Positions 32,240 through 32,273 of a stretch of DNA of 32,273 nucleotides are shown piece by piece. Origin of the DNA: Catajapyx aquilonaris (taxonomy: Eukaryota); NCBI GenBank assembly GCA_000934665.2, contig JYFJ02004414.1:1-32273 (forward strand). Reading direction: 5' to 3'. A program made the translations under genes and the position numbers. Position 1 is the stretch's first letter. Each line of letters opens with the position of its first letter. The notes under the pieces are model-generated. The model was given only the letters and a program-made list of their open reading frames with translations, did not search any database and was not told the DNA's origin.

Positions 32240-32273
32240 ATCCCTTAGGGGGGGGCAGGGGGGGGGCAATTCC
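32240..32273. repeat. G-run repeat (two poly-G tracts separated by CA), possibly the start of a hAT-like MITE
   Basis: Two adjacent G tracts followed by caattcc at the window edge; truncated, so no partner terminal repeat is visible. Confidence 0.3.

Overview
Eukaryotic, intron-rich genomic DNA, most likely from an insect or other arthropod (many 54-65 nt GT-AG introns, a CYP6-like P450). Minus strand: (1) a PepT1/yin-type SLC15 oligopeptide transporter (879 to about 12700) with a pair of 83-nt mutually exclusive exons and up to four candidate alternative N-terminal exons; (2) a tandem, strongly diverged SLC15 paralog (16869-20591, about 733 aa) with extra introns in the extracellular domain; (3) the 3' 19 coding exons of otoferlin (22377-29822). 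Plus strand: the 5' part of a CYP3-clan (CYP6-like) P450, apparently nested antisense in an otoferlin intron. Also present are a mariner remnant, an RTE-like fragment, an 82-bp Harbinger-like MITE and microsatellites. The most notable signal is a possible combinatorial splicing system in the first transporter: mutually exclusive exons with a 3' splice-site hairpin and an Rbfox/How motif cluster, plus first-exon choice that creates or removes an acidic dileucine sorting motif. All exon models were derived by hand from splice consensus, phase and protein similarity, without transcript data.
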